This document shows positions 9,464 to 19,132 of a stretch of DNA of 64,000 nucleotides, piece by piece. The notes below the pieces were generated by a model, which made no database searches, was not told the DNA's origin, and saw only the letters and a list, made by a program, of their open reading frames with translations. Position 1 is the stretch's first letter, and every line of letters begins with the position of its first letter. The translations under genes were made by a program, and so were the position numbers. The DNA comes from Candidatus Bathyarchaeota archaeon (lineage in GTDB: Archaea > Thermoproteota > Bathyarchaeia > Bathyarchaeales > Bathycorpusculaceae), in assembly GCA_963828195.1 (NCBI GenBank), contig CAWHDT010000003.1, positions 320,001 through 384,000 of the forward strand. Direction: 5' to 3'.

Positions 9464-10069
9464 TTAAATATGTATTGACCCTCTTGATGCCTGAGCTGAT
9501 ACGGAACCCTTCTTGATTGCCTTCAAAACGGCGTCAACATCAAACGAAGCCTCAATTTTTGTGCAGACACTGAACAGCTCTGACAGTTGATGCGCGTCGC
9601 TGCCCGCTGTTCCAGGCAAACCCATACTCTTAGCAAGCTCCTTCGCCTCGCTGTTCGCCGCAGCCGTGGACCCGCCATTTAAAACTTCAATAGCGTCAAC
9701 TTTGTAGTTTCTCGCTGAATCGCCCATGCCGTACTGGCGAAAAGGATGCGCCACAATCGAAACCGCACCGATGCTTTTGGCGTAGTCAACCACAGCTTCA
9801 GGTGTCCATGGTCTAGGCGGCAACTCCTCGGTGCCCAAAACCAGCATATCCCCATTTTGAGTGCTGATTTCAACGCCGGGAATAATTAAGATGTCAGGAT
9901 AAGCCGAAGCCAACTCAACTGTAGCTCGGCAGCCTCTTACGCTGTCGTGGTCTGTTACGGCTGCAACCTTAATGAAGCTGTGAGCTGCAAGCTGGTCAAC
10001 CAAAGTTTTGGGTTGAATCAGAGAATCACTGGAATAAACTGTGTGAATATGCAAATCAGCTTGAATCAA
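9464..10069 (-). CDS. PHP-domain metal-dependent phosphoesterase
   Basis: DLHIHT, TDHD, GVEIS, AHPF and GSDAH motifs. Confidence 0.92.
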   Translation of the reverse strand: MIQADLHIHTVYSSDSLIQPKTLVDQLAAHSFIKVAAVTDHDSVRGCRATVELASAYPDILIIPGVEISTQNGDMLVLGTEELPPRPWTPEAVVDYAKSIGAVSIVAHPFRQYGMGDSARNYKVDAIEVLNGGSTAAANSEAKELAKSMGLPGTAGSDAHQLSELFSVCTKIEASFDVDAVLKAIKKGSVSAQASRGSIHI

Positions 10070-11697
10070 GGTTGTTCGCTCAGCTGTCTGCGCAGAATGT
10101 TCTCTAAACGAACTAAAATCTCTTTGCTTCCTGCCACTTCGGCATCAACAGAATCAAACGCGAGCCCCTTTGCTTTGCATGTTGACTTGCAGGCTTTTTT
10201 AACGGTGTCTTTCCAAAGTTTCGGGTCGTTGAGCAAAACAACACCCATGTACGATGTGCGTTTGATGTATTCGCTGGTTTGATTTGCAACGTAGCTTATG
10301 GTTTCTAGGTCAAGGGGCAAAGCAGCTTCATGTTGGCTGAGCGGGTAAACCTCGTCAAGCTCCAGCGGAACCACCCCAAACGGCGCAGAGTAGACGCAAA
10401 TGTGAATTTTCGAAGCCAATTCGTCGCCTAAGACGCGGAGAAGGTGCCTAATCTTCTTAAACTCAGGCGCGCTATGGAAGGGTTTATTCCTTGTTTGCGG
10501 CACCAGAAAAAGAACCTTCGCGGCAGCGGGCGGGTCATATTGGGCGTTTAATCGTTTGCGGTAATGGGTTATTTCGGGACGCACAAGACCCACTGAATCA
10601 AAGTAGAAGAAGCCGTTGCCTTTCACGGTTGGACTGTACTTTTCAAGAAAATCGTCATGTCCCCGCAATCTTTTAAGAGCTGAAAGCAACGCTGGATGTC
10701 CATGAACCCGCATTTCCGTATGCTCCCAAAGCCTGCCGTTTCGTATCGCTTGCTTGATGCGTTTAAGCTCGGCTTGGCAAACGTAGAGGTTATGTTCAGC
10801 TAGGAAAACTTCTTTTTCGCCCTTCGATTTTTTCTCCAGTTCCTTCGGGGTATCCGCGGCGCATCTGGGGCAGCAGCATGGAAAATAATCCATTTCTTCA
10901 AGGCGCCACGTGCCATTCTCAGTCATGTAGCGGTTTTCCCTTGCATACAATGCGTAAGCTGCTGAATCAAATAGGTCACATCCTAACGCCGTCGCCAACG
11001 AGAACATGGCTGGGTGCCCAGCGCCAAACAGGTGCAGGGGGCGCTCAATCGGTAAGCCTTTTTTAGCCGTTAAAATCATGTCGGCTAAAACATCGTAGCG
11101 GTAGCTCTGCATGACTTCCGTTGGGCTTCCCAGCGCGTGGATTTGGAACGGTAGCTTTCCCATTTCAAGCGCTGATTTTGCCACAAGGTCCAAGTGCCTG
11201 CCGCCCTGAATCGGTCCAACCCATAAAATGTCGTCTCGTCTTTTGGTTTCGAAAAAAGCTTTTGCTCTATGCAAGGTTTCAGCTACAGTTCCTTCTGCTT
11301 GCTCTTTAGTTATTTTCCAGCCTGTGGGGATGTCAAGCATGGTGGCGATGTCGCTGCCGATGCCTTCTTGGTAAGCAACGATTTCCGCTTGGCTGACATC
11401 TACTTCCCCGTAAACGAGGATTTGGTAGGCTCCTGAATCCGTCATTACTGCGCCGTCGAAGTCCAGAAATTTATGCAAGCCTTCATGAACGGGTTTTTCG
11501 TCGTACCGTTTTTTGAGTATGTATGCGTTGGTTATGATTGCTTCAAAACCGAAGGTTTCCTTCAGCTTCTTTGGCGGAACCAGCTGGATGCTGGGGTTGA
11601 TTACTGGGAATAAGAGGGGTGTTTCCACTGTTCCACTTTTAGTTTTTAGTTTGCCGATTCTGCCAAGCAAATCTTTTTCTTTTATTTCGAAACTCAA
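10066..11697 (-). CDS. tgtA: Archaeosine tRNA-guanine(15) transglycosylase
   Basis: VETP, ITNAY, MTDSGAYQ, HLFGAGHP, DLFDSA and Zn site CCCPRC...HNL. Confidence 0.95.
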   Translation of the reverse strand: MSFEIKEKDLLGRIGKLKTKSGTVETPLLFPVINPSIQLVPPKKLKETFGFEAIITNAYILKKRYDEKPVHEGLHKFLDFDGAVMTDSGAYQILVYGEVDVSQAEIVAYQEGIGSDIATMLDIPTGWKITKEQAEGTVAETLHRAKAFFETKRRDDILWVGPIQGGRHLDLVAKSALEMGKLPFQIHALGSPTEVMQSYRYDVLADMILTAKKGLPIERPLHLFGAGHPAMFSLATALGCDLFDSAAYALYARENRYMTENGTWRLEEMDYFPCCCPRCAADTPKELEKKSKGEKEVFLAEHNLYVCQAELKRIKQAIRNGRLWEHTEMRVHGHPALLSALKRLRGHDDFLEKYSPTVKGNGFFYFDSVGLVRPEITHYRKRLNAQYDPPAAAKVLFLVPQTRNKPFHSAPEFKKIRHLLRVLGDELASKIHICVYSAPFGVVPLELDEVYPLSQHEAALPLDLETISYVANQTSEYIKRTSYMGVVLLNDPKLWKDTVKKACKSTCKAKGLAFDSVDAEVAGSKEILVRLENILRRQLSEQP

Positions 11698-11839
11698 CGC
11701 TGAAGCCTAAACAAGAATCACAGGTCAATTATAAAAAACACTAGCCTGCAAAATCGCTTAACGGCAACGACGGATTGATGCTGCACCTTTAATTCGGCAA
11801 CCTTATATCGTATTGATTTGTCTAATAGCGACAACGGAG

Positions 11840-12601
11840 ATGCCACTCATGGTTTGCTCAATAGACATAAGTGAAAGACCCCAACTGAACAATCCGATTC
11901 TAATTGAAGGGTTGCCTGGAATAGGATTTGTAGCAAACATTGCAGCACTACATTTAATTCGGGAGCTGAAAGCTAAACGGTTCGTCCAGATTTTTTCCTC
12001 CTCATTTCAAGATTTTGCGGTAACAACCGAAGAGGGCGGCGCACTTTCACCTATAAATGAGCTCTATTACGTGAAGCGGGAAGACAGCGGACGAGACTTA
12101 ATTATCTGGTATGGAAACACGCAGGCACTGACCACCGTTGGGCAATACGAGCTTGTCGGCAAAGTGCTCGATTTAGCTCAGGAGTTTGGCTGCCGATTTG
12201 TAATATCCGTCGGAGGATTCAAGAAAGATGAGGTGCAGCCGATACCCGCGATTTACAGTACAGCCACGGATTTGGATACGATGCAGGAAGCGCTTGATTT
12301 AGGCACTAAAGTGATGGTTGGGCACGTCTTCGGCATCGCCGGCTTATCCGTTGGTTTAGCAGGGATTAAAGACATGAAGGGTTTCTCTTTGTTGGTTGAT
12401 ACGCCGGGAATGGACCCCGACGTGAACGCTGCAAAGTACGCTTTGACTACGCTTGGTAAATACCTGAAGCTTAACGTTGACTTATTCAAGCTTGAAGAAA
12501 GCGGCTGCGAAATAAAGAAAGTTTTAGAGTCCTTTGGTATTGTCAGAACGATTACAGAAGAAAAGAAGAAAGAGGAAGAGCAACTGCGCTGGTTTATTTA
12601 G
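11840..12601 (+). CDS. PAC2-family proteasome assembly chaperone-like protein
   Basis: LIEGLPGIGFVANIA N-terminal motif; ISVGGF; DPDVNAA. Start placed at ATG 11840 (11849 also possible). Confidence 0.88.
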   Translation: MPLMVCSIDISERPQLNNPILIEGLPGIGFVANIAALHLIRELKAKRFVQIFSSSFQDFAVTTEEGGALSPINELYYVKREDSGRDLIIWYGNTQALTTVGQYELVGKVLDLAQEFGCRFVISVGGFKKDEVQPIPAIYSTATDLDTMQEALDLGTKVMVGHVFGIAGLSVGLAGIKDMKGFSLLVDTPGMDPDVNAAKYALTTLGKYLKLNVDLFKLEESGCEIKKVLESFGIVRTITEEKKKEEEQLRWFI

Positions 12602-13021
12602 GCTTTGACTTCGCTCATGAATTGTTCGTATACTTTTTGCACTCGGTCAGCGGCTGGACCTGAACCTTCAACAACGCCTTTTTCGGTTAGTTTCACTTTG
12701 TCCATTACCCATATGAAGCCTTTGTCTTCGTACAGTTTAACCATGGTTGGGAAGACTTTTTCAAGTCTGTTCAGCTAGGGCTTTTAGGTCGAAGGGTTTT
12801 TCTGCGCTTGATATTTGAGCAACCACGTTTCCATTTAGGAAAACTCGGTGAAGCAAGGTTCCAATTTCGTCTTTTGCATCAGCGAGACATAGGCTCATGT
12901 TGTCCTGGTTGATGCCGATGAGTGTGCCGTTGAATATTTTTCCAGTAGTTGTCGCTACAGATATAGTTTTATCTGCTAAGGCTGCGACTTCGGTGAAATA
13001 CTTTCTTTGTGCTACAGACAA
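12598..13021 (-). pseudogene. SmAP3-type Lsm RNA-binding protein with +1 frameshift (or sequencing error)
   Basis: Sm fold (FNGTLIGIN...VFLNGNVV), then PFDLKALA. Removing one A near 12770 restores D-R-LEKVFPTMVKLYEDKGFIWVMDKVKLTEKGVVEGSGPAADRVQKVYEQFMSEVKA*. RBS AAGGAG precedes TTG 13021. Confidence 0.88.
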
Positions 13022-13129
13022 GTTTATTTCTCCTTTAAAGCAACGATATTGCACTACCACTATTTATCTTTAAGCGCCTTCCCCGAAAACGACTATTAAA
13101 CCATGAGTCATTTTTGTAAGAAATTAATT

Positions 13130-13306
13130 TTACATTTTTCTATACGACAGAAAGAAAAAATAAGTGTTCATTGCAGCGAAGCCAAGTATCCATAGTGCTT
13201 TCGCATAAAGCATAAGGTCAAAGTAGGCAGGCACACAACCGAAGCCTAAAAGTATAAGACCACAAAAACCCACGGTTTCCTTTTTTAAGCCCAAACTTTT
13301 TGACAT
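13130..13306 (-). CDS. Small two-TM membrane protein (58 aa, below the ORF-track cutoff)
   Basis: MSKSLGLKKETVGFCGLILLGFGCVPAYFDLMLYAKALWILGFAAMNTYFFFLSYRKM*; fills an otherwise empty gap and has the same orientation as its neighbours. Confidence 0.55.
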   Translation of the reverse strand: MSKSLGLKKETVGFCGLILLGFGCVPAYFDLMLYAKALWILGFAAMNTYFFFLSYRKM

Positions 13307-13479
13307 CAACAGCTTTCAAGCTCTACAATAATCTTTGCGGGATATAACGGAAATAAAGCTTATCGACCGAAAATATACATACTAAATAGATTGGCGGTTT
13401 TTCTATGTTGGTTGTCTACGAATTTGATAATCTGTGCGTTGATTTCTGACGTGCTTGTTAAAAGAGTCAAGTTTTGATT

Positions 13480-13794
13480 TTATTGTTTATCGCCGAAGAT
13501 TTCAAAGAAGCCCTGCATTTTCCAGTAAGTATCCAGGAATTCCAAGCCGCGTGGGGTGGCAAAATAGAGGGTTTGTTGGTCGGCTGTGAGTTTTCTCACT
13601 AAGCCGTAGTCTGACAGGGACTCAAGTATTTTTCGTAGGCGGTCGATGGGTGTTCCTACTCCATAGGAGATGCGGGTTATTTTTCCGCCTTCAGGGTAAC
13701 GAATAAGCACCTCCAAGACTTGAGCGTAGAGATCAGTTTTGGAACGCTTAACACTATGCTCTCTCATGGACGGTTCCCCAGGCAATTCCTTCAA
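13480..13794 (-). CDS. Winged-helix transcriptional regulator (HTH_45-like)
   Basis: KRSKTDLYAQVLE...ITRISYG...LSDYGLV...YFATPRGLEFL. Confidence 0.85.
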   Translation of the reverse strand: MKELPGEPSMREHSVKRSKTDLYAQVLEVLIRYPEGGKITRISYGVGTPIDRLRKILESLSDYGLVRKLTADQQTLYFATPRGLEFLDTYWKMQGFFEIFGDKQ

Positions 13795-15086
13795 AGGAGC
13801 GGATTTGGCAACTCCTCAACTTTTTTTGCAGGTTCACTTACCGCTGCTCCAAAGTCAACTTTTAGTTCGTCGGTGTAGGTTATTTGTGTTGCAGCGGAAC
13901 CCTGTTCCAACGTTGCCTTGTGAGCAAAAACGTGGCCCGCTCTACACATTGCGCCGATCACCACTTCTGAAGCGTAAATATCCCCAACCATAGTTCCTGC
14001 TCCCGCCGCCGCCAAATTACTCCACCAACCACCAAAACTCAAATCAGCGTTTTTACCTATCTCAACGCGCTCACCAACTAAGAAGCCGTCTAATCGAGTT
14101 CCACTGCGTACGCTAACGACTTTAGCTTTCAGTCCCTGCTTAACATCTATTTTGCCGCTGATATCTGCCTCTTCCCGAACAACAATCTTGTTTGCAGAAA
14201 ATTTACCGCTCACTCGCAAGTGTTCGCTTTCAAAATCATGGGCTACTTCTGTTACGCCATTGCCCTCAAATCGGTCGGAGACCACGAGTGAGCCAGCCAC
14301 CCAAAGTCTTCCGACTAACTCAATTTTCTGCGCTTTGCAGTCGCCATGTATTTCGATGACGCCCCCCGCCTGAATATACTCGCAGGTTAGGTCTCCGTCA
14401 ACCTCAAGTTTGCCTAGAGTTGATATCTTGCGTCCTTTGCAGCCTGCGGGTAAATTGCCTTTGCCGTAGACCAGCAGTTCCCCAAATTCCAAAGGCTTGG
14501 TGCTTCTGAATTTTCCACCGACCCGAATGTTTCCCAGGATGGATCCTCCGCCTACGTCGGCTTCGCCCCCAACGTCAAGGTCACCTATTTTGACTACTCC
14601 GAGAGCAACTACTTTGCCGCCAACTCGAACACTTGACGCTTCAAAGGTACCTTGTATGTCTACGCGTCCACCTACTCGAATTCTGTCGCATTTGATGGCT
14701 CCAGCCTCTACTTTTCCGCCCACATCAATGTCTGATGCGTTGATTGCGCCGATGGCTTTCACTGAGTGACTTACACTGAGTTGCTTATGAACTGTCAAGT
14801 TGCCGTTTACCTCGAGCTTACCAACGTATCGGCCTGTCAAGTCAAGCCTTGCTCTTTGACCGCCCGCGCTAATTTCCCCATGTTTAGACAGGAATAGTCC
14901 AGATTCTATAGTGTCGCATTCAAGGTCACAGTTCACATAAGCTTTGCCTTCAAGGTAAACGCCGCCGGAGACGACGACGTTTTTGCCGTTGATAGCTTGG
15001 ATGGTTGCGTTGTTGCCGACTTTGAGGTCGCCCTCCACTTTATCAAGGGTCACGGTTTGTCCACGCGGTATATGTAAGTCTGACAT
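13791..15086 (-). CDS. Bactofilin/polymer-forming cytoskeletal-like beta-helix protein
   Basis: Continuous ~16-17 aa V/I-x-V-G-G repeats (IDVGGKV, IRVGGRV, VRVGGKV, LDVGGEA, IRVGGKF) over about 400 aa; no signal peptide. Confidence 0.75.
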   Translation of the reverse strand: MSDLHIPRGQTVTLDKVEGDLKVGNNATIQAINGKNVVVSGGVYLEGKAYVNCDLECDTIESGLFLSKHGEISAGGQRARLDLTGRYVGKLEVNGNLTVHKQLSVSHSVKAIGAINASDIDVGGKVEAGAIKCDRIRVGGRVDIQGTFEASSVRVGGKVVALGVVKIGDLDVGGEADVGGGSILGNIRVGGKFRSTKPLEFGELLVYGKGNLPAGCKGRKISTLGKLEVDGDLTCEYIQAGGVIEIHGDCKAQKIELVGRLWVAGSLVVSDRFEGNGVTEVAHDFESEHLRVSGKFSANKIVVREEADISGKIDVKQGLKAKVVSVRSGTRLDGFLVGERVEIGKNADLSFGGWWSNLAAAGAGTMVGDIYASEVVIGAMCRAGHVFAHKATLEQGSAATQITYTDELKVDFGAAVSEPAKKVEELPNPLL

Positions 15087-15160
15087 GATTTCTAGTTTAC
15101 CTCCAGCGCTTTTAAGGGTAATTCACTTTGTGTTATTCCAACCGTATAGTAAGTCTCCTT

Positions 15161-16021
15161 TTATTCTGCCTTTAAGGCATTTCGTGCGATCAAATATCCA
15201 ATTGCTGCAAGGACTACAGCGAAGACGGCTAGGTACAGCATGTTTCCAGCTAGAGTTGACAGTTGCCCTGAGGAGAGATTGCCGTTCACTATGAGCAGCC
15301 TGGCGGTTTCGCAAGCCGTTGTGATTGGGTTAACTTCAGCGATTCCTTTGAGCCATGATGGGAAGTTTCCCAAGGGAAATATGGCGCTGCTCATAAAAAC
15401 CAATGGAAAGGCCAGAAAATTAACTATCGCAACTAGCGAATCAACTTGCTTTACTGAGTAGGCAAGTGCGGTGAAGAGACAGCCGAATCCGAACGTCAAG
15501 AGTCCAAAAGCAACAAAAATGCCGATAAAGTTAAGCACTCCGAAACCCGTGCCAACTTGTAACCCGTTTGGAAGAAGAAACCCAACCACGAACGTCAGCA
15601 AAGCTATGAACATGGCTTTCACAAAGTTCTGCATTACGCCGGAAAAAAATATTGATGCTCTGGATATAGGTGCGCTCAGTAGAGAGTTAAGGTAGCCTAG
15701 TTGTCTATCAAGTACTAAGTCGATTCCGCCGTAGGCAGCATTGATTATAACTACAAATGAGATTACGCCCGCTGTGAGGAAAGTTATGTAGTTTGCTGTA
15801 CCGCCAAACACAGAAGCAATCGCAGCTCTAATCTGTACCACCAAAACAGGTGACAACGCGGTGCCCCCGATTTGTGTGGGAACAAGATTGGCGGGGTTAA
15901 ATGAACTTCCAAACAGCGCTAGCCAAAAGACAGCCATGAATAATCCAGGCATCATGGCGGCGGGGTTTCGTATCCATTTTTTTAGGAAACGATTTGTCAA
16001 AGCTATAGTGTCGCCGAACAT
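15161..16021 (-). CDS. ABC-2 type exporter permease (DrrB-like)
   Basis: Six TM segments; LLSAPISRASI; FMSSAIFP...PSWLKGIAEVNPIT. Confidence 0.92.
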   Translation of the reverse strand: MFGDTIALTNRFLKKWIRNPAAMMPGLFMAVFWLALFGSSFNPANLVPTQIGGTALSPVLVVQIRAAIASVFGGTANYITFLTAGVISFVVIINAAYGGIDLVLDRQLGYLNSLLSAPISRASIFFSGVMQNFVKAMFIALLTFVVGFLLPNGLQVGTGFGVLNFIGIFVAFGLLTFGFGCLFTALAYSVKQVDSLVAIVNFLAFPLVFMSSAIFPLGNFPSWLKGIAEVNPITTACETARLLIVNGNLSSGQLSTLAGNMLYLAVFAVVLAAIGYLIARNALKAE

Positions 16022-16022
16022 T

Positions 16023-17018
16023 TTACTTCATCCTCTCAATTAAAACGCGTTGTCCATACGAGTCGCCGTTTGCTGCACCATCTCGCATTGTGTTGCCTGT
16101 GATTTGCAGGAAAACTTGGTCCAGTGTGGGCTTAGCTAAAGTGATGTCTGAAATTTTGAGCCCTTTCTTATTCACGGTTTCAACTATGTTTGGGAGAGCG
16201 GTTTCGGTTCTTGTGAGCTTGATTTTGTATGTGTCGCCTTCTTTAGTTACGTCGGTAACGTCGTCTACTCCTTTGAGCAGGGTGGATATGTCAGCAGTGC
16301 CTGTTAATTGCAGAGTCAGAATAGTGCCGCCAAGTTTAGCTTTTAACTCCGAAGGCGAACCCGACAGCTTAATTACTCCGCCATCTATGATTGCGATTCT
16401 ATCGCATAGGGAGTCGGCTTCCTCCAAGTAATGAGTAGTCATAAACACAGTGATGCCTTTTTTGCGGTTAAGGTCTCGAATGTAGGTCCACATGTTCTGT
16501 CTTGTTTGGATATCCAACCCCAATGTTGGCTCATCTAGAAACAGGATTTTAGGTTCGTGAATAAGTCCCATCGCAAGTTGCAGACGCCTCCGCATACCGC
16601 CCGAATAAGTTTTAACTTGCCTTTGCGCAGCGCCTTCAAGCTCCAAAAGCTCAAACAACTCCTTCGCCTTTCTACGCGCTTGGTCATTTGTAACGTGGTG
16701 GAGCTTTGCCGAGAGCAACAGGTTTTCTGAGCCTTTCAATTCGTCGTCTGCCGTTAGTTCTTGAGGTACAACCCCAATGATTTTTCGGATTGCATCAGGG
16801 TTTTTGGCTACGTCGTAGCCTCCTACTGAAGCCTTGCCTTCGGTTACAGAAGCCAAGGTTGTGAGCATTTTGATTGTGGTGGTTTTTCCTGCCCCATTGG
16901 GTCCTATAAAACCGAATAGTTCGCCTTCTTCCACAGAAAAAGAAATGTGGTCAACGGCTTTGACGGTTTTTTTGTAAGTTTTAGCGAGGTTTATAGCCTC
17001 AATTATGTTGTTTTTCAT
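16023..17018 (-). CDS. ABC exporter ATP-binding protein (DrrA-like)
   Basis: GPNGAGKTT, YSGGMRRR, FLDEPT, TTHYLEEA, PTLDQVF. Start at ATG 17018. Confidence 0.95.
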   Translation of the reverse strand: MKNNIIEAINLAKTYKKTVKAVDHISFSVEEGELFGFIGPNGAGKTTTIKMLTTLASVTEGKASVGGYDVAKNPDAIRKIIGVVPQELTADDELKGSENLLLSAKLHHVTNDQARRKAKELFELLELEGAAQRQVKTYSGGMRRRLQLAMGLIHEPKILFLDEPTLGLDIQTRQNMWTYIRDLNRKKGITVFMTTHYLEEADSLCDRIAIIDGGVIKLSGSPSELKAKLGGTILTLQLTGTADISTLLKGVDDVTDVTKEGDTYKIKLTRTETALPNIVETVNKKGLKISDITLAKPTLDQVFLQITGNTMRDGAANGDSYGQRVLIERMK

Positions 17019-17278
17019 GTTTATCCCGTTCCTTAATTTGGACGTTGCCTGCGGACGATAAATAGTCAGTTCACTTTGGGTAATCACAAAAAGTCATCAC
17101 AATAAGATACTAAATGAAATTCACACAAACACTAAATCTTGTAAATCAAAACTTTAACCGCTTCTGATACTGGAAAAGAAAAATGGGTTGGCAAACCGTT
17201 AATAAAATAATTTAGGTTAAAAGTTAAAACAAAAAATATATTAAGTTAACTGTTTTATGGTTGTTTGCCCGTGAATTC

Positions 17279-17749
17279 ATGAAAACACTAGTCATCTGTT
17301 TTTCTTATCATCATAAAAACACTGCGAAAATAGCGCTGGCGATTGCAGGTCCCCTTAACGCAGAAATCAAAACACCATCAGAAGTTGACCCAAATGGCCT
17401 CTCAGAATATGACCTTGTCGGCTTCGGGTCCGGAGTCTATTATGGAAAACTCGATAAGTCCCTGCTTGAACTTACCGACAAGCTGCCTCAGGTAACTGAC
17501 AAGAAAGCATTCATATTCTCAACAAGCGGCCGAACTGGAAATGCACCTAAATTTCATAAGCAACTCAGAGAAAAACTTCAAGCAAAAGGATTCAACATTG
17601 TCAACGAGTTTAACTGCGCAGGGTTTGACACTTTTGGGCCTCTGAAATTAGTTGGAGGCACAAATAAGGAACGACCCAACCCAGACGATATCAAGCAAGC
17701 AGAAGCCTTCGCCCAAAGCCTAAACCAACCAGCGTCAGTGAAAAGCTAA
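17279..17749 (+). CDS. Flavodoxin-family protein
   Basis: SYHHKNTAKIA, YDLVGFGSGVYYG, FIFSTSG, RPNPDD. Confidence 0.9.
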   Translation: MKTLVICFSYHHKNTAKIALAIAGPLNAEIKTPSEVDPNGLSEYDLVGFGSGVYYGKLDKSLLELTDKLPQVTDKKAFIFSTSGRTGNAPKFHKQLREKLQAKGFNIVNEFNCAGFDTFGPLKLVGGTNKERPNPDDIKQAEAFAQSLNQPASVKS

Positions 17750-17922
17750 GTTTATGCATTTTAAGTGTCTTCAGCGCTGCGCGCGATTAATGTGCTTCGA
17801 TTTGTTAGCATTTCGCGTGCTTGCTTGTCCATTAGGGATCCTATAGATGCACTTATTTGGATCATATAGTAAACCGGAAGGCTAATCCTGAAACGCCAAC
17901 TTCTAACGGACCTGCTTGTGTT

Positions 17923-19026
17923 TTATTCCGTTTTTTTGGCTAGTGACTCTACCCATTCGCGTTTTTCCCAAAGGGCGCAGCCTTGTATTTCTTTGAGTTC
18001 TGCGTGGTTTTCACGTATAGTTTTGAGCATTTTGGATTGCAGGGCTTCTCTTAGGGGGATGTTTTTGAGGTTGGTGTCTGAGTAGGCGATGAAGGGGCAT
18101 GGTTCAACGTTTCCTTCCGAGCTGACATGGATGAATCCGCGTCCCGCAGAGAGGCATCCGCCGATTTCCTCCTCATCCCAGGGCAAGGCAATGAACATCG
18201 CTGGAAATTTTTTGCGGAAACCATTTCGGATCGCTATGACTTTTGATTTCTGCTCTGCTGAGAGGACCCAATCTTCCGTTCCAGCGATTACGGGAGTGTA
18301 TTCAACCATCATGAAGAGTTTGCATCCCGAATCGACCAGTTGCTTGATGAAGGCTTCGTCTGTGACTTCTGAAAAGTTAGTTCTTGTCAGGGTCAAGGTT
18401 GTTCCCCAAAAGAGACCTTTGTTTTTTAGCTTGTCAATTGATTTGAGCAGTTGATCGTATACTCCTGTGCCTCGTCTGCCGTCTGTGTCAATTTGGTATC
18501 CTTCGAGGCTTAGAAGCGGAACAATATTTTTGGCTGATGCTATTTGCTTAAGCACTTGTTCGTTTAGCAGCAGCCCGTTTGTGAACATCAAAAACATTAT
18601 TTCAGGCGTCTGCTTAGAGATGTCTAATATGTTTGGGCGCATGAGGGGTTCTCCGCCTGCGAGCACAATAAAAGAGATACCACGTTCTTTTGCTTCGTCC
18701 ACGAGGCGCTCGATACGCTCATCACTCATTTCAGCATCGGGTTTGTTTCTTAATGCTTGATGATAGCAACCCGCACAATGCAGGTTACATTTGCTGGTGA
18801 CGCTTATGACTAAGATGGGCGGAACATGCAGTCCCTCTAGTTCCAGCTTCTGCCTTGTCTTAGCCGCTCTATTTTGCCACCGATACGTGCGCAAAAAGAA
18901 AACCGACTGCGAAGGACTGGTGAGGGCAATTCTCACGGCATCTTTAAAGAAGACTCGCAGCGCATCGTTAACTATTTTGTTAATGTTCAAGTTTAGATTG
19001 TCGTCTGGGCGGGATGTTTGGCTCAT
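17923..19026 (-). CDS. Radical SAM protein with SPASM/twitch-like domain
   Basis: CNLHCAGC (CxxxCxxC), GGEPL, GCLSAGR...GNVEPCPF. Confidence 0.93.
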   Translation of the reverse strand: MSQTSRPDDNLNLNINKIVNDALRVFFKDAVRIALTSPSQSVFFLRTYRWQNRAAKTRQKLELEGLHVPPILVISVTSKCNLHCAGCYHQALRNKPDAEMSDERIERLVDEAKERGISFIVLAGGEPLMRPNILDISKQTPEIMFLMFTNGLLLNEQVLKQIASAKNIVPLLSLEGYQIDTDGRRGTGVYDQLLKSIDKLKNKGLFWGTTLTLTRTNFSEVTDEAFIKQLVDSGCKLFMMVEYTPVIAGTEDWVLSAEQKSKVIAIRNGFRKKFPAMFIALPWDEEEIGGCLSAGRGFIHVSSEGNVEPCPFIAYSDTNLKNIPLREALQSKMLKTIRENHAELKEIQGCALWEKREWVESLAKKTE

Positions 19027-19132
19027 TTATACCACTTTGAGGAGCACGCAAGAATCTATTATACTTATGCATTTTATGCTATTTAGAAAAAAATAGGAAT
19101 ATTTATATTTCTTGAATCAAAAAGGGAAAAGG

